Of a stretch of DNA of 64,000 nt, positions 1-9,717 are shown piece after piece. A program made the position numbers and the translations under genes. Below the pieces are notes generated by a model that was given only the letters and a program-made list of their open reading frames with translations, was not told where the DNA came from and searched no databases. Each line of letters begins with the position of its first letter. Position 1 is the first letter of the stretch. Source of the stretch: Candidatus Cryptobacteroides sp. (GTDB lineage: Bacteria > Bacteroidota > Bacteroidia > Bacteroidales > UBA932); the NCBI GenBank assembly GCA_045599265.1, contig JAZRVQ010000048.1, forward strand, positions 14,627 through 78,626, given 5' to 3'.

Positions 1-2932
1 GTCCACAAATCATTTTAAAGTCACACCATTCACAGACTTTCCTGTCGTCTGTGCGTGAAAAATCCACTTCAGGGTCTGCAATCTCCCCAAGCAGGGCCTC
101 CAGCTTTTCATCCATCAAAGTGGCAAATCCGCCATCCAGAGGATATGTGCCCGGAACGGTCTTGAAGAGGTTCGGCACAGAATACATGCAGTTGCTGACC
201 AGGTCCTTCGGGGCCTTGATGTCTGGAGCGGACTTGACCATGCGGTCATAAAGGTAGAACTGCAGCCCGGCCTTGAACTTTTTGCGTTCGTCGTGGGTGC
301 CTTCGAAAATCTTCTCCGCAATGGACTCCGCATTGTCCGCATCCACACAGAGCACGGAAGGATCGTCCTTTCCGGTCTTGTAGTCCACCACACGCAGTCC
401 GGTGGAGCCGAAGGCGTCAAGGCGGTCGATATAGCCGAAAAACCTGAAGCCGCCTATCTCTGCCTTCACTTCCCTTTCGACCCCGATGACATCGAAATGG
501 TCCGTCCCGGCATCTTCCAGAATCTTTATGTCTGTCTTGATGGTCTCGATGACATAGCGCACGATCACACCGGAGACAACCAGGTCGCGGCCAGTGACTT
601 CGTCCGACTTCAACTGGATGCAGATGAGCGAATTGACCTTGCGGCGAATGTCATCTTCGCGTTCCAGCCAGCCTTTCAGATAATCAATGCTTATCCTGTG
701 AGGAGGTACTATGGCCTTGTCATTATCCTTCACCTTGTCGTACGAAACAGTCCTGAGCATCTCTTCCTCACTTGTCATCAATGCCATCATAGTGTCGTGA
801 TAGACAGTTCCTATCATGCCGGCATCGAGAGACTCGGACACCTCATCATCCTTCGAAAGCTGCTTAACGGTGTGGAAGTAAAATTTTGCCTTGCAGTCGA
901 TGTAGTTCTGAAGCGCCGAGGCTGACAACTTGCGGTGCTTCCTGACCATTTCGATATCCTCAGGGGTTTTCTTGATATCGTCCTCATTTGTGTCTGCAGG
1001 AAGCACCTCCGACGACGTGACATACATATTGAGAGGAAGTCCGAAATGATAGCGGAGCTGCTTGATATAACGGCTTTCCTCACCGGACTTAAGCCCTTCT
1101 GAACGAGAGTCGTACAACATCCAGACCTTGGCCGCACGGGTCACCAGACGGTAGAAATAGTACGCCCACACGGCGTCCTGGAACTCGTATGTCGGCAGTC
1201 CGAAAGCCTTTCTGAGCTCAGGCGGGACAAATGACGAACTTACGCTGCGGCGAGGGAACACGCCCTCGTTGACAGACAGGATGATGACATTGTCGAAATC
1301 CAGCGCCCTGGTCTCGAGAGGTCCCATTATCTGCAGTCCTCTGAGCGGCTCGCCGTCGAACGGCACGGACACCGCGGACAGCAGGGATTCGAGCAGTTTG
1401 AGATATGTTGCAGGAAGGACCTCCAGGTCAAGGCCGGAAAGTCTCTTGATGCTGGTGTAGTATTCCTTGGCGAAATCAACCTCGAGAGAGAGGTCTCCCT
1501 CCATGGCGGCAAGGCGCGATGCGGCAAAGGATATCACCTCCAGCTGATATTTCTCTATGTCCCCGATCTGCTGGGAGGAAGAACTGGCAAGGTCCTTCAC
1601 GACAGGGCGGAATATCATATCGAAGAGCGGATGACCCGACAGGTCCGCCTGAGGAATATAGTATTTCAACCCTTCGCGGACCGACTTCACCATCTGCGCC
1701 GCCTTCTCATCCCCGTCGGTCAATTTCTTGAAAATGCCGCTCGAGAATATGTCCCAGACCTGTTTGTGGTAGAAGAGCCACTTGCCGTCCTTCTGCCTCA
1801 GGTGCATCTGGAGCCTCACGATGTCACGCATGAGCGAATAGAACTCGCTCGCGCTCATAGGATAGCCCATCGTGACATTGACACTGTCCACATCCTCCGG
1901 CAAAGTGCCGAGCATCGGCATCAGCAGACCCTCGTCCGGCAGCACGATGGCTGTCCTCTCCCATCCTGCAGACGTGTCCAGGCGGGAAAGTATCTCCGGC
2001 ACTGTCTTGACCTGCCCCACGGACGAAGACACGCTCACCACGTTGAACTCCGGCGTCACAACTCCGTCAGGGTCAATCTTGAACGCCTGTGGGAAGTCCT
2101 CGATATTCTGACTCATGAACAGCGACGACTTGTTGAGAGGATTGCTTATCATCTCGCCGGAATAGTCCCAGCAGAACTCGGCTATGCCGGCGTCCCTCAT
2201 CTTCTTCATCACTGTCCTCTCACATTCATTGAGGGCATTCAGACCTACGAACACGAATCCGGAAGAGTGCGGGAACGACGACGCAAGCACATCTACAACA
2301 GGTTTTTCCTGCACGGAGCAGGCAAGCCTCCTGTACATCGCGCCCTCGTATGAACGGCCCTCGCTGTCAAGCAGGGCATTGAACTCCCGGTAGAGAGGGA
2401 GAAGGATATTCCATATCTCGAGGAAATTCTCCTTGACGTCCTTTCCGCCTTCCTTTGATGCGACGCGGTCCCTGAAATGTCCGGCCAGTGCCTCCACCGC
2501 CTCCCTCTGCCTGTCAGTCAGGTAGGAGAATGTGTCCCGGATAGCCTTGAAGTCGGATATGTTGGCGAAAATCTGTTCCGGATCGACCAGATACTTGTCC
2601 ACGTCGTCAAAATCTCCCAGCAGCACGTCGCCCCAGAAAATGAACTCATCTATCGACTCGGCCTTGGGATAGACCTTCTTGTAGCAAGAGTACAGTTTCA
2701 GCAGCAGCTCGACCCTCGGACAGACATCAACCGATGCCGCGCGGGCGAAGAAATCATTGATTGTAAGTGTGGACGGAGCCAGCACAGGGACTCCCCCCCT
2801 CTGACCGACAGCCTCTCCAAGCCATTTGTTGAAGAATGCCATCGACCTTCTGTTAGGGAAGATGAAACACTTGTCTTTCACATCACCGGAAGACAGATAA
2901 TGCTCTGCGACCTGCTTGAGAAAAGGGATCAT
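1..2932 (-). CDS. PD-(D/E)XK nuclease family protein, AddB-like; 3' end runs off the window
   Basis: Absent from the ORF track because it has no in-window stop. Reading the reverse complement from the ATG at 2930-2932 gives MIPFLKQVAEHYLSSGDVKDKCFIFPNRRSMAFF..., open for 977 codons down to position 2. Nuclease motifs GYIDRLD and VVDYKTGK are present, and the Cys set DCKAKFYF ... CEWCDFKMICG matches an AddB/Cas4-type Fe-S nuclease domain. All plus-strand ORFs here are short shadow ORFs. Confidence 0.8.
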   Translation of the reverse strand, partial: MIPFLKQVAEHYLSSGDVKDKCFIFPNRRSMAFFNKWLGEAVGQRGGVPVLAPSTLTINDFFARAASVDVCPRVELLLKLYSCYKKVYPKAESIDEFIFWGDVLLGDFDDVDKYLVDPEQIFANISDFKAIRDTFSYLTDRQREAVEALAGHFRDRVASKEGGKDVKENFLEIWNILLPLYREFNALLDSEGRSYEGAMYRRLACSVQEKPVVDVLASSFPHSSGFVFVGLNALNECERTVMKKMRDAGIAEFCWDYSGEMISNPLNKSSLFMSQNIEDFPQAFKIDPDGVVTPEFNVVSVSSSVGQVKTVPEILSRLDTSAGWERTAIVLPDEGLLMPMLGTLPEDVDSVNVTMGYPMSASEFYSLMRDIVRLQMHLRQKDGKWLFYHKQVWDIFSSGIFKKLTDGDEKAAQMVKSVREGLKYYIPQADLSGHPLFDMIFRPVVKDLASSSSQQIGDIEKYQLEVISFAASRLAAMEGDLSLEVDFAKEYYTSIKRLSGLDLEVLPATYLKLLESLLSAVSVPFDGEPLRGLQIMGPLETRALDFDNVIILSVNEGVFPRRSVSSSFVPPELRKAFGLPTYEFQDAVWAYYFYRLVTRAAKVWMLYDSRSEGLKSGEESRYIKQLRYHFGLPLNMYVTSSEVLPADTNEDDIKKTPEDIEMVRKHRKLSASALQNYIDCKAKFYFHTVKQLSKDDEVSESLDAGMIGTVYHDTMMALMTSEEEMLRTVSYDKVKDNDKAIVPPHRISIDYLKGWLEREDDIRRKVNSLICIQLKSDEVTGRDLVVSGVIVRYVIETIKTDIKILEDAGTDHFDVIGVEREVKAEIGGFRFFGYIDRLDAFGSTGLRVVDYKTGKDDPSVLCVDADNAESIAEKIFEGTHDERKKFKAGLQFYLYDRMVKSAPDIKAPKDLVSNCMYSVPNLFKTVPGTYPLDGGFATLMDEKLEALLGEIADPEVDFSRTDDRKVCEWCDFKMICG

Positions 2933-2948
2933 ATCGTATTATGAATTA

Positions 2949-3353
2949 TTACATATCAACATCTTCGTCATCAAAATCCAAAGCCTCCCACATGGACTCC
3001 ATCTGGCGTCTGTCCTTCTTGGTAGGGCGTCCGGCTCCCCTGTCTCTCTTGAAGAAGAACGTCTCCACAGGGGCGCGCATCTTGTCAAGTTCTTCCTGCG
3101 GGGTCATATCCTGCGCATATTGAGGGACAAGTTTGGCTCCCTGCCGCTTGTCGATGCACTCCAGGACCTTGAAGGTGAAGCAGACCGCGCCTTTTCTGGC
3201 ATTGATCACATCACCGGCCTTGACGTCGCGTGATGGCTTCACATCGCTCCCGTTGACCTTGACCTTGCCGCCTTTGCAGGCATCGGTGGCATCCGTACGG
3301 CTCTTATACACACGGATGGCCCAGAGGTATTTGTCGATTCTTACTGTGTCCAT
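2949..3353 (-). CDS. hslR: RNA-binding S4 domain protein, Hsp15-like
   Basis: 134 aa. The N-terminus VRIDKYLWAIRVYKSRTDATDACKGGKVKVNG is a typical S4 motif. A basic C-terminal tail resembles Hsp15. Confidence 0.7.
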   Translation of the reverse strand: MDTVRIDKYLWAIRVYKSRTDATDACKGGKVKVNGSDVKPSRDVKAGDVINARKGAVCFTFKVLECIDKRQGAKLVPQYAQDMTPQEELDKMRAPVETFFFKRDRGAGRPTKKDRRQMESMWEALDFDDEDVDM

Positions 3354-3393
3354 TTCAGTTTTTTATTAAAAATACCTGACGAGGCAGGAAAAA

Positions 3394-4809
3394 TTACAGT
3401 TTTTCGGTAAAAACTCTTCCGAATCTGTCCGTGACGCGAATTTCGCGATTTGATGTGCCAGACTGCGGCACAACCCTGAAAAGATTTGGAGTTTCGAACG
3501 CACATACCCACGAAATCTTGTAGATTGACGCGTCTTTGAATATCTCATACGGATGAGGGTCATAGCCCTTGAAACGCTCCATATCGCAGATTTTGACGTC
3601 ATCCTCATAATATTCGACCTTCCAGGCCTCATCGACATCCCACACATGCGCAATCACTTCTCCCGGATACATCGGGTCATTGTCATACACCTTCATCTGA
3701 TGGTCCTCCGGATAACCGGTGCCCTTGTAGTACCAGCTCACGTCCTCACCGTCCCAGGTATATACCTTGTAACCGGCAGGACATCCGTCGATGCAGCAGT
3801 CACCGCACCACCAGGCCCCGCACATGCCGCCGATATTGTGCTCGGTCAGATTGTCAGCGATGTGATGGTTGGTGTTGGTGTGCATGTGGCCGGACAGGAT
3901 GAGTGCCTTATATGGCTTCAGAAGGTTGTACAGGGCCGGTTTGTTGCACAGATTGTCCCCGATGACGTCATATTTGAACGCATCCCTGTCTGACTGGTCA
4001 AGCGTTGTCGGGATGTGCATGCACACGACGACGGGACTGCCCTTCCCGACGAACGACAGGTCCTTTTCCAGCCAGGCCAGCTGCCTTTCATCGAGGTAGC
4101 CGATATAGAAATAGTCACGTCCGACATAGAAATTGTCATCCATCACCACATAATGGACCCTGCCTACATTGAAGGAATAACAGACAGGGCCGAACACCTT
4201 TTCATATTCGGTGGACGATGTCTCATAGGACCGGCCCCAATTGGTCATGTCATGATTGCCGATTGTGTAGCGGAAATCGATCCCGACACGGCTGAATATC
4301 TTGTTGATGCGCTTATACAGAGGATGGTCCCAGCCCACAATGTCGCCCAGGCCGATGCCGAAAACGTCCCCTTCGATGCCACTGACAGTCTTTGCCATGT
4401 CATCGGCATGGTCTTCCAGCGGGACCAGGTCGTCAGGGTCCGAAACCTGGGGGTCGGCAAGCACAATCACGCTGTGACGGGTGTCATCGGTGTCCTTTTT
4501 TGTGACCGCAAAGTCATATTCGGCCTTGCCCGGCTTGATCTCGCTGTAAAAACAGGTCTCGCCCGGGAAAGAGGATGACTTGTACCCGGCCGGGGTGCTG
4601 ATGAAGACAAATTTGCCTGAAAGACGGTCAAACGGCATTTCATACCGGCCGTCCCTGTCAGTCTTTACGACACTCACTCCGTCCGACACGACCACACCGG
4701 CAAGCGGGGCATTGCCGTCCGTAACGGTTCCGTAAATTGTATTGACAGGTTTCGGTGTACATGAAAACAAAAAAGCGGCAAAAGCCGCGACAGCATAATA
4801 TTTCTTCAT
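3394..4809 (-). CDS. Calcineurin-like metallophosphoesterase lipoprotein with an N-terminal carboxypeptidase-regulatory-like domain
   Basis: 471 aa. Signal peptide plus lipobox (FLFSC). YGTVTDGNAPLAGVVVSDG...TDRDGRY suggests a beta-sandwich. Metallophosphoesterase motifs GDIVG, GNHD and GHMH are present. Confidence 0.8.
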   Translation of the reverse strand: MKKYYAVAAFAAFLFSCTPKPVNTIYGTVTDGNAPLAGVVVSDGVSVVKTDRDGRYEMPFDRLSGKFVFISTPAGYKSSSFPGETCFYSEIKPGKAEYDFAVTKKDTDDTRHSVIVLADPQVSDPDDLVPLEDHADDMAKTVSGIEGDVFGIGLGDIVGWDHPLYKRINKIFSRVGIDFRYTIGNHDMTNWGRSYETSSTEYEKVFGPVCYSFNVGRVHYVVMDDNFYVGRDYFYIGYLDERQLAWLEKDLSFVGKGSPVVVCMHIPTTLDQSDRDAFKYDVIGDNLCNKPALYNLLKPYKALILSGHMHTNTNHHIADNLTEHNIGGMCGAWWCGDCCIDGCPAGYKVYTWDGEDVSWYYKGTGYPEDHQMKVYDNDPMYPGEVIAHVWDVDEAWKVEYYEDDVKICDMERFKGYDPHPYEIFKDASIYKISWVCAFETPNLFRVVPQSGTSNREIRVTDRFGRVFTEKL

Positions 4810-4851
4810 ATCAACTTCTCCAATATATCTTGTATTTTGTGAATAAGCAGG

Positions 4852-5064
4852 TTACAAGGCACATAAGGCCGGTGAGGACAAGGCCGTGAATGATGCCACC
4901 CAGGTGATGCCCCGCACGTCCGGGTTGAACACATAGTCCGGAGGGGGCACCTGACAGTGGAACATCCACGCCGGGAGATTGGAATTCCACCCTATCGTGG
5001 CGCAGAAAACCATTCCGAATATGGCCAGGCCACGAAGTGCGTCGATTGATGCGATGCGCTTCAT
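4852..5064 (-). pseudogene. N-terminal remnant of a DUF5009 / heparan-alpha-glucosaminide N-acetyltransferase-like membrane protein
   Basis: Only 70 aa. SIDALRGLAIFGMV...LPAWMFHCQVPPPDYVFNPDVRGITWV matches, from memory, the start of proteins of about 370 aa. The frame then degenerates, and the next gene begins 43 nt away. Confidence 0.5.
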
Positions 5065-5070
5065 AAGCCC

Positions 5071-6225
5071 CTACTCCTCCTCTTCCTGTTTTTCGTCAAG
5101 ACCTTCATAATCCTCACCCTCAAGGAAAGGCTCGGTATTCGGGTCGATATAACTGTCATCAGAAACATGAGGCTCGACAAGCGCCTCGATCAGGACGGTG
5201 TCCCTGTCACGAGGGATGAGGAACACCTCAGGCACATCGGCCGGGACAAGCACGGTCTCGCCCTTGTGAAGGACGCAGCTGCCCTCTCCCTGTACGGTGG
5301 CCTCGCCTTCCGTGCAGACATACACGATGAAACTGCCGAACTTTTCGGTGCTGACACGAAGCGGCTCGGAGAGGTTGATCCTGGAGACGGTGAACTGTGG
5401 ACAGCGTACCAACTGGCTGATGACCTTGGCGTTCTCTTCCTTGTCAGAATCCTCCCAGAGAGGTCCCTTGCGCCACTTTGTCGGATCGAACGGACCGTAG
5501 TTTATGACATCGATAGCCTCGTCGAGATGCATCTTCCTGGCTGTGGCAGGGTTGAATTCGCGGCCCCAGTCGTACAGGCGGAAGGTCATGTCGGACGACT
5601 CCTGGATCTCGGCGATCAGCAGGCCTCCGTCAGCGGCGTGCACCGTGCCGGGAGTGATGAATATGCTGTCTCCTTTCTTGGGATGTATGACGTTCAGGAC
5701 CTCCTCGACAGTACCGTCGTGGCAGCGGTCATACAGTTCCTGTGCGGAAACTTCGCGGTTGAATCCCATATACACCTTTGCATCCGGCTGCGCATCCATC
5801 ACATACCATATCTCAGCCTTGCCGAGCGAATCATATCTTTCGGCTGCCACCTCGTCGTCCGGATGGACCTGGACTGAAAGACGGTCACGGATGTCCAGGA
5901 ACTTGACAAGGAGAGGGAACTGGAGTCCGAACCACTCGAACACAGCGTCTCCGACAACTCTTTCGAGGTAGGTCTCCATCAATTCCTCGATGGTGTTGCC
6001 GGCGAGCCAGCCGTCGGACACAACGCTCTCCTGGGCGCCCATATCGGCAAGTTCCCAGCTTTCGCCGATCTTGTCATCTGCCGTAAGGGGCACCTCATTG
6101 CCGTCCCGGTCGGTCTCGACAAACGACTTGCCAAGCACCTTTATGAGCGAATCTCCACCCCACGGCCTGCGTGAAGGGATAGGTATGAATTTAAGGGGAT
6201 ACAGTTTTTTCTGAGAAGTTTCCAT
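5071..6225 (-). CDS. manA: Class I mannose-6-phosphate isomerase
   Basis: 384 aa. Contains PWGG, SVQVHPDD and TVHA cupin/PMI motifs. It ends in an acidic tail (EEEE). Confidence 0.8.
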   Translation of the reverse strand: METSQKKLYPLKFIPIPSRRPWGGDSLIKVLGKSFVETDRDGNEVPLTADDKIGESWELADMGAQESVVSDGWLAGNTIEELMETYLERVVGDAVFEWFGLQFPLLVKFLDIRDRLSVQVHPDDEVAAERYDSLGKAEIWYVMDAQPDAKVYMGFNREVSAQELYDRCHDGTVEEVLNVIHPKKGDSIFITPGTVHAADGGLLIAEIQESSDMTFRLYDWGREFNPATARKMHLDEAIDVINYGPFDPTKWRKGPLWEDSDKEENAKVISQLVRCPQFTVSRINLSEPLRVSTEKFGSFIVYVCTEGEATVQGEGSCVLHKGETVLVPADVPEVFLIPRDRDTVLIEALVEPHVSDDSYIDPNTEPFLEGEDYEGLDEKQEEEE

Positions 6226-6274
6226 GTTCGCATAGTTTTGTTATGCGAATATACAAAAAATATGGAATGAAAAT

Positions 6275-7639
6275 TTATCCGATAAATTTCAAAATTCCTT
6301 CAAAATCATCTTTTTCGAAGCTGACTTGTTCTCCGGCAGAGAGATTCTTGATGTTTATGACGCCCTGAGCGGCCTCATCCCCACCCACGATGGACAGGAA
6401 CGGAATGGCCTTTCTGTCAGCATAGTCAAAGACTTTCTTGAGTTTTGTCTGCTCCGGGAAGATCTCGCAGGCCACTCCCCTTGCGCGGAGTTCCCTGACA
6501 ACCGGGATGAGGTATTTCACCTCACCCATATTGGCAAAAAGTATCTTTGTGGAAGATGTGACTTCTGACGGGAATTTACCCAGTCCACCGAGCACGTCAT
6601 ATATGCGGTCAGCGCCGAAAGAGATGCCGACACCGGACACGTTCGGAAGGCCGAAGATGCCGGTCAGGTTGTCGTAACGTCCACCGCCACAGATACTTCC
6701 GATCTGGAAGTCAAGAGCCTTGACCTCGAAGATTGCGCCGGTGTAATAATTGAGTCCACGGGCAAGGGAAAGGTCTATCTCGACCTGGTTATGAATGTCT
6801 GCGGCATCGATGAATCCGAACAGTTCCTCGAGTTCGTCAAGTCCCTTCAGACCTGTCTCGGAAACGATTCCGGAGGCTGACTGGCCATTCATCAGAGAGC
6901 GCATCACAGAGAGTTTCTCCTCGTTGGACCCGGCCAGCTGGAGAACAGGTTCTATGACCTTCACAGCCTCTTCGGAAAGACCTTTCTCAATCATTTCCGC
7001 CTCGACTGCCTCGAGACCTATCTTGTCTATCTTGTCAATGGCGACAGTTATGTCCACCACCTTGTCAGGGAATCCACATATCTCTGCAAGTCCGGTGAGG
7101 ACCTTGCGGTTGTTGATCTTGATGCAGACGCGCACATCAAATTTGCGGAACACGGTGTCGACGATCTGGACCAGTTCGAGTTCGTTGATCTGAGAAGTGC
7201 TGCCAATCACGTCGGCATCGCACTGATAAAATTCGCGGTAACGGCCCTTCTGAGGACGGTCTGCACGCCATACAGGCTGGATCTGGAAACGTCTGAACGG
7301 GAAGGCAATCTCGTTCTGGTGCTGCACCACAAAGCGTGCGAACGGCACGGTAAGGTCATAGCGGAGACCCTTCTCGCAGACCTGCGCTGCAAGCGGCCTT
7401 GACATATCCACGCCAGCAAACGCATCGCCGCTGTTGAGGATGCGGTACAGGAGTTTGTCCCCCTCATCGCCGTACTTGCCAAGCAGCGTGCTCAGATTCT
7501 CCATTGCAGGAGTCTCTATCTGGGTGTATCCATATGTCCGGTAGACACTCTTGATGGTGTCGAAAATATAGTTGCGTCCCGCCATCTCGGCCGGTCCGAA
7601 GTCTCGTGTTCCCTTTGGAATTGAAGGTTTCTGTGCCAT
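6275..7639 (-). CDS. hisS: Histidine--tRNA ligase
   Basis: 454 aa. KGTRDF, the class II motifs ([33 protein letters not shown]) and an anticodon-binding C-terminus are present. Confidence 0.95.
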   Translation of the reverse strand: MAQKPSIPKGTRDFGPAEMAGRNYIFDTIKSVYRTYGYTQIETPAMENLSTLLGKYGDEGDKLLYRILNSGDAFAGVDMSRPLAAQVCEKGLRYDLTVPFARFVVQHQNEIAFPFRRFQIQPVWRADRPQKGRYREFYQCDADVIGSTSQINELELVQIVDTVFRKFDVRVCIKINNRKVLTGLAEICGFPDKVVDITVAIDKIDKIGLEAVEAEMIEKGLSEEAVKVIEPVLQLAGSNEEKLSVMRSLMNGQSASGIVSETGLKGLDELEELFGFIDAADIHNQVEIDLSLARGLNYYTGAIFEVKALDFQIGSICGGGRYDNLTGIFGLPNVSGVGISFGADRIYDVLGGLGKFPSEVTSSTKILFANMGEVKYLIPVVRELRARGVACEIFPEQTKLKKVFDYADRKAIPFLSIVGGDEAAQGVINIKNLSAGEQVSFEKDDFEGILKFIG

Positions 7640-7707
7640 TATTCAATAATTTATCTTTCAAAGGTAAGGATATTTTCTTATATTTCCTCTAAAAGGAAGA
7701 TGGAAAA

Positions 7708-8097
7708 TTGCCAATTTGCGGCGGCGCTTATTTGAAGTATGGAAATCATATTGTTGTCATTCAGGACAAACTTGACCGGGCATATTTCGAGATGGTCCCC
7801 GACAGTTCGATGAAGATAATGATGGAAAAGCGCAAGGTTCCGGACACCCTCATCTTTTCGTATCTGAAAACCGCTGTGAGCAGGGAAAATAAATTAGTGA
7901 AGTCCATCAGTTATTGTGAAATCGCTGATAATGTCAAGTATTTGTCTGATAGCACAGGAAATCAGAAGCATCAATATGAACGGGTCCGGAATGATGAAAA
8001 GTCTGACCAACATATCGAACAGCAACTTCAAAATGCCGTATGTACATACATACAATGGCAACCCGGTATTCCGTTGTGTCATCTCACGTCCTTTTAA
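7708..8097 (+). CDS. Hypothetical; possibly a 5'-truncated paralog of the next ORF
   Basis: AT-rich. There is no ATG: the track starts it at TTG, and the frame only opens at 7693. The first ~60 aa (GGAYLKYGNHIVVIQDKLDRAYFEMVPD) resemble GVGYLEYDDNVLIIQGEIDSSLFSPVPD in the following ORF. Confidence 0.25.
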   Translation: MPICGGAYLKYGNHIVVIQDKLDRAYFEMVPDSSMKIMMEKRKVPDTLIFSYLKTAVSRENKLVKSISYCEIADNVKYLSDSTGNQKHQYERVRNDEKSDQHIEQQLQNAVCTYIQWQPGIPLCHLTSF

Positions 8098-8308
8098 CAA
8101 GCCTGATTATGGGGTAGGGTATCTTGAGTATGATGATAACGTACTGATTATTCAAGGTGAAATTGACAGCTCTTTATTTTCTCCCGTGCCGGATAAGGAC
8201 AGGGTTATTCCGGTAATCAAAAACCGGACACCATGGAATGATGACTGCCGCCCGGAAGTATATATCTTTTTCTCCACAGAACAAGCCCTGAAGTGGCATG
8301 CCTGGTAA
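8033..8308 (+). CDS. Hypothetical small protein
   Basis: Lies in frame 2 of the AT-rich islet. Candidate ATG starts are at 8033 (MPYVHTYNG...) and 7976. I recognise no family. Confidence 0.35.
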   Translation: MPYVHTYNGNPVFRCVISRPFNKPDYGVGYLEYDDNVLIIQGEIDSSLFSPVPDKDRVIPVIKNRTPWNDDCRPEVYIFFSTEQALKWHAW

Positions 8309-8721
8309 TATGGACGCCGAGTCCCAGGTAATGCTCCTTCTACATATCGGAAACTAATGCCGCCCTGCCACAACCCGAAAATCACCTATGCAGGTAGTCG
8401 GCAATGCAGATGTCTGTATGAAGGCCCCACTCGATAGGTGCGGCGGAAATCTCCTCACCTAAGCATGTACGCCACCTCTCATGCCCGTCTATGTCATATA
8501 AGCTCTATAGGTAAATTTCGGCTTATTCAATCCCTGCCTGTCAGAGCGCCGAGCGACATTGAGCGGCGTCTCTGACTGGTCCTGTCGATTTCAATCAATT
8601 GCTGAAGGCCATGGATTGTGAATGATCCTTCTGTGGATGACTTTCGCCAATTCTTCGGGGCATAGGCATTAAAATTTATTGGGATTTTATTTAAACGGGC
8701 GAAAAATCCAAAGATTTTATG

Positions 8722-8729
8722 TAAGTTTG
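8722..8729 (+). promoter_or_regulatory. Bacteroidota -7 promoter box (TAAGTTTG)
   Basis: Matches the TAnnTTTG consensus, 22 nt upstream of the ATG at 8752. Confidence 0.4.
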
Positions 8730-8751
8730 GGCAAAACAACCACATCCTCTC

Positions 8752-9717
8752 ATGAAAATCGGAATCATCGGCGCCGGATGGATCGCCGAAAAAATGGCCA
8801 TCACACTGCAGCCGGAGCCGCAGATGCGCTATGCAATCGCAGCCCGAGACCTGGACAGGGCCCGGGAATTTGCCCGCAGATGGGGCTTCGAAAAGGCTTA
8901 CGGATCATACGAAGAACTGGTGGAAGACCCCGAAGTGGAACTGGTCTATATCGCCACCCCACACTCGCACCACCTGGCACATGCCTCGCTTGCCCTGAAT
9001 CACGGCAAGCACGTTCTCTGCGAGAAGGCATTCACTGCCAACGCCCGTGAGGCAGAGCAACTCATCGCACTGGCCCGTAGCAAGAATCTGTTCATAACAG
9101 AGGCCATCTGGACACGCTACATGCCGCTTTCAATCAAGATAAAGGAGAGACTTGACTCAGGCATGATAGGCCGGCCAAGGATGCTATATGCCAGCATAGG
9201 CTACCCGATGCTCTTCAAGGAACGCATCCAGAAGCCGGAACTCTGCGGCGGTGCACTGCTCGACATAACCGTATATGCAATCAACTTTGCAAGGATGTAT
9301 TTCGGCACGGACTTCATCAAGACAGTCTCCCAGGCCGTCATCGGAGAGACCGGGACCGACATCCAGGAGACCATCACCCTGCTCTATCCGGACGGGCGCA
9401 TGGCCAACCTCCAGGGCACGGCTGCGGCTGCGAATGACCTGCACGGCATCATCAGCTGCGAAAATGGATTCATCGAGGTGGACAACATCAACAACCCTTC
9501 ACGCGCAGACATCTACAACACCGACCACGAACTGATCGAAACCCTGACGGCAGAAGGAAAGCGGACCGGGTACGAATACCAGGTCTATGCCTGCGAGCAG
9601 GCCATCAGGAATGGATGGAAAGAGTCCCCATACATGCCTCATGCTGAAACGATTGCAGTGATGAAGCAGATGGACGCGCTCCGTGCGGAGTGGGGTGTCA
9701 GATTTCCGATGGACTAG
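8752..9717 (+). CDS. Gfo/Idh/MocA family oxidoreductase
   Basis: 321 aa. N-terminal Rossmann motif MKIGIIGAGWIA and the family EKA/EKP motif (CEKAF). Confidence 0.9.
   Translation: MKIGIIGAGWIAEKMAITLQPEPQMRYAIAARDLDRAREFARRWGFEKAYGSYEELVEDPEVELVYIATPHSHHLAHASLALNHGKHVLCEKAFTANAREAEQLIALARSKNLFITEAIWTRYMPLSIKIKERLDSGMIGRPRMLYASIGYPMLFKERIQKPELCGGALLDITVYAINFARMYFGTDFIKTVSQAVIGETGTDIQETITLLYPDGRMANLQGTAAAANDLHGIISCENGFIEVDNINNPSRADIYNTDHELIETLTAEGKRTGYEYQVYACEQAIRNGWKESPYMPHAETIAVMKQMDALRAEWGVRFPMD

Noticed and set aside
1631-2944. Plus-strand ORFs of 240 aa and 155 aa at the left end of the window
   Set aside because: They are antisense to the continuous 977-codon AddB-like frame. Their products are Arg/His/Leu-rich with no motifs, which is typical of shadow ORFs in GC-rich coding DNA.
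8309-8751. RNase P RNA, tmRNA, SRP RNA or a cobalamin/TPP riboswitch in the 440-bp gap
   Set aside because: I could not find their conserved cores (for example GAGGAAAGUCC for RNase P, a tRNA-like 3' end for tmRNA, the B12 box, or CUGAGA for TPP).
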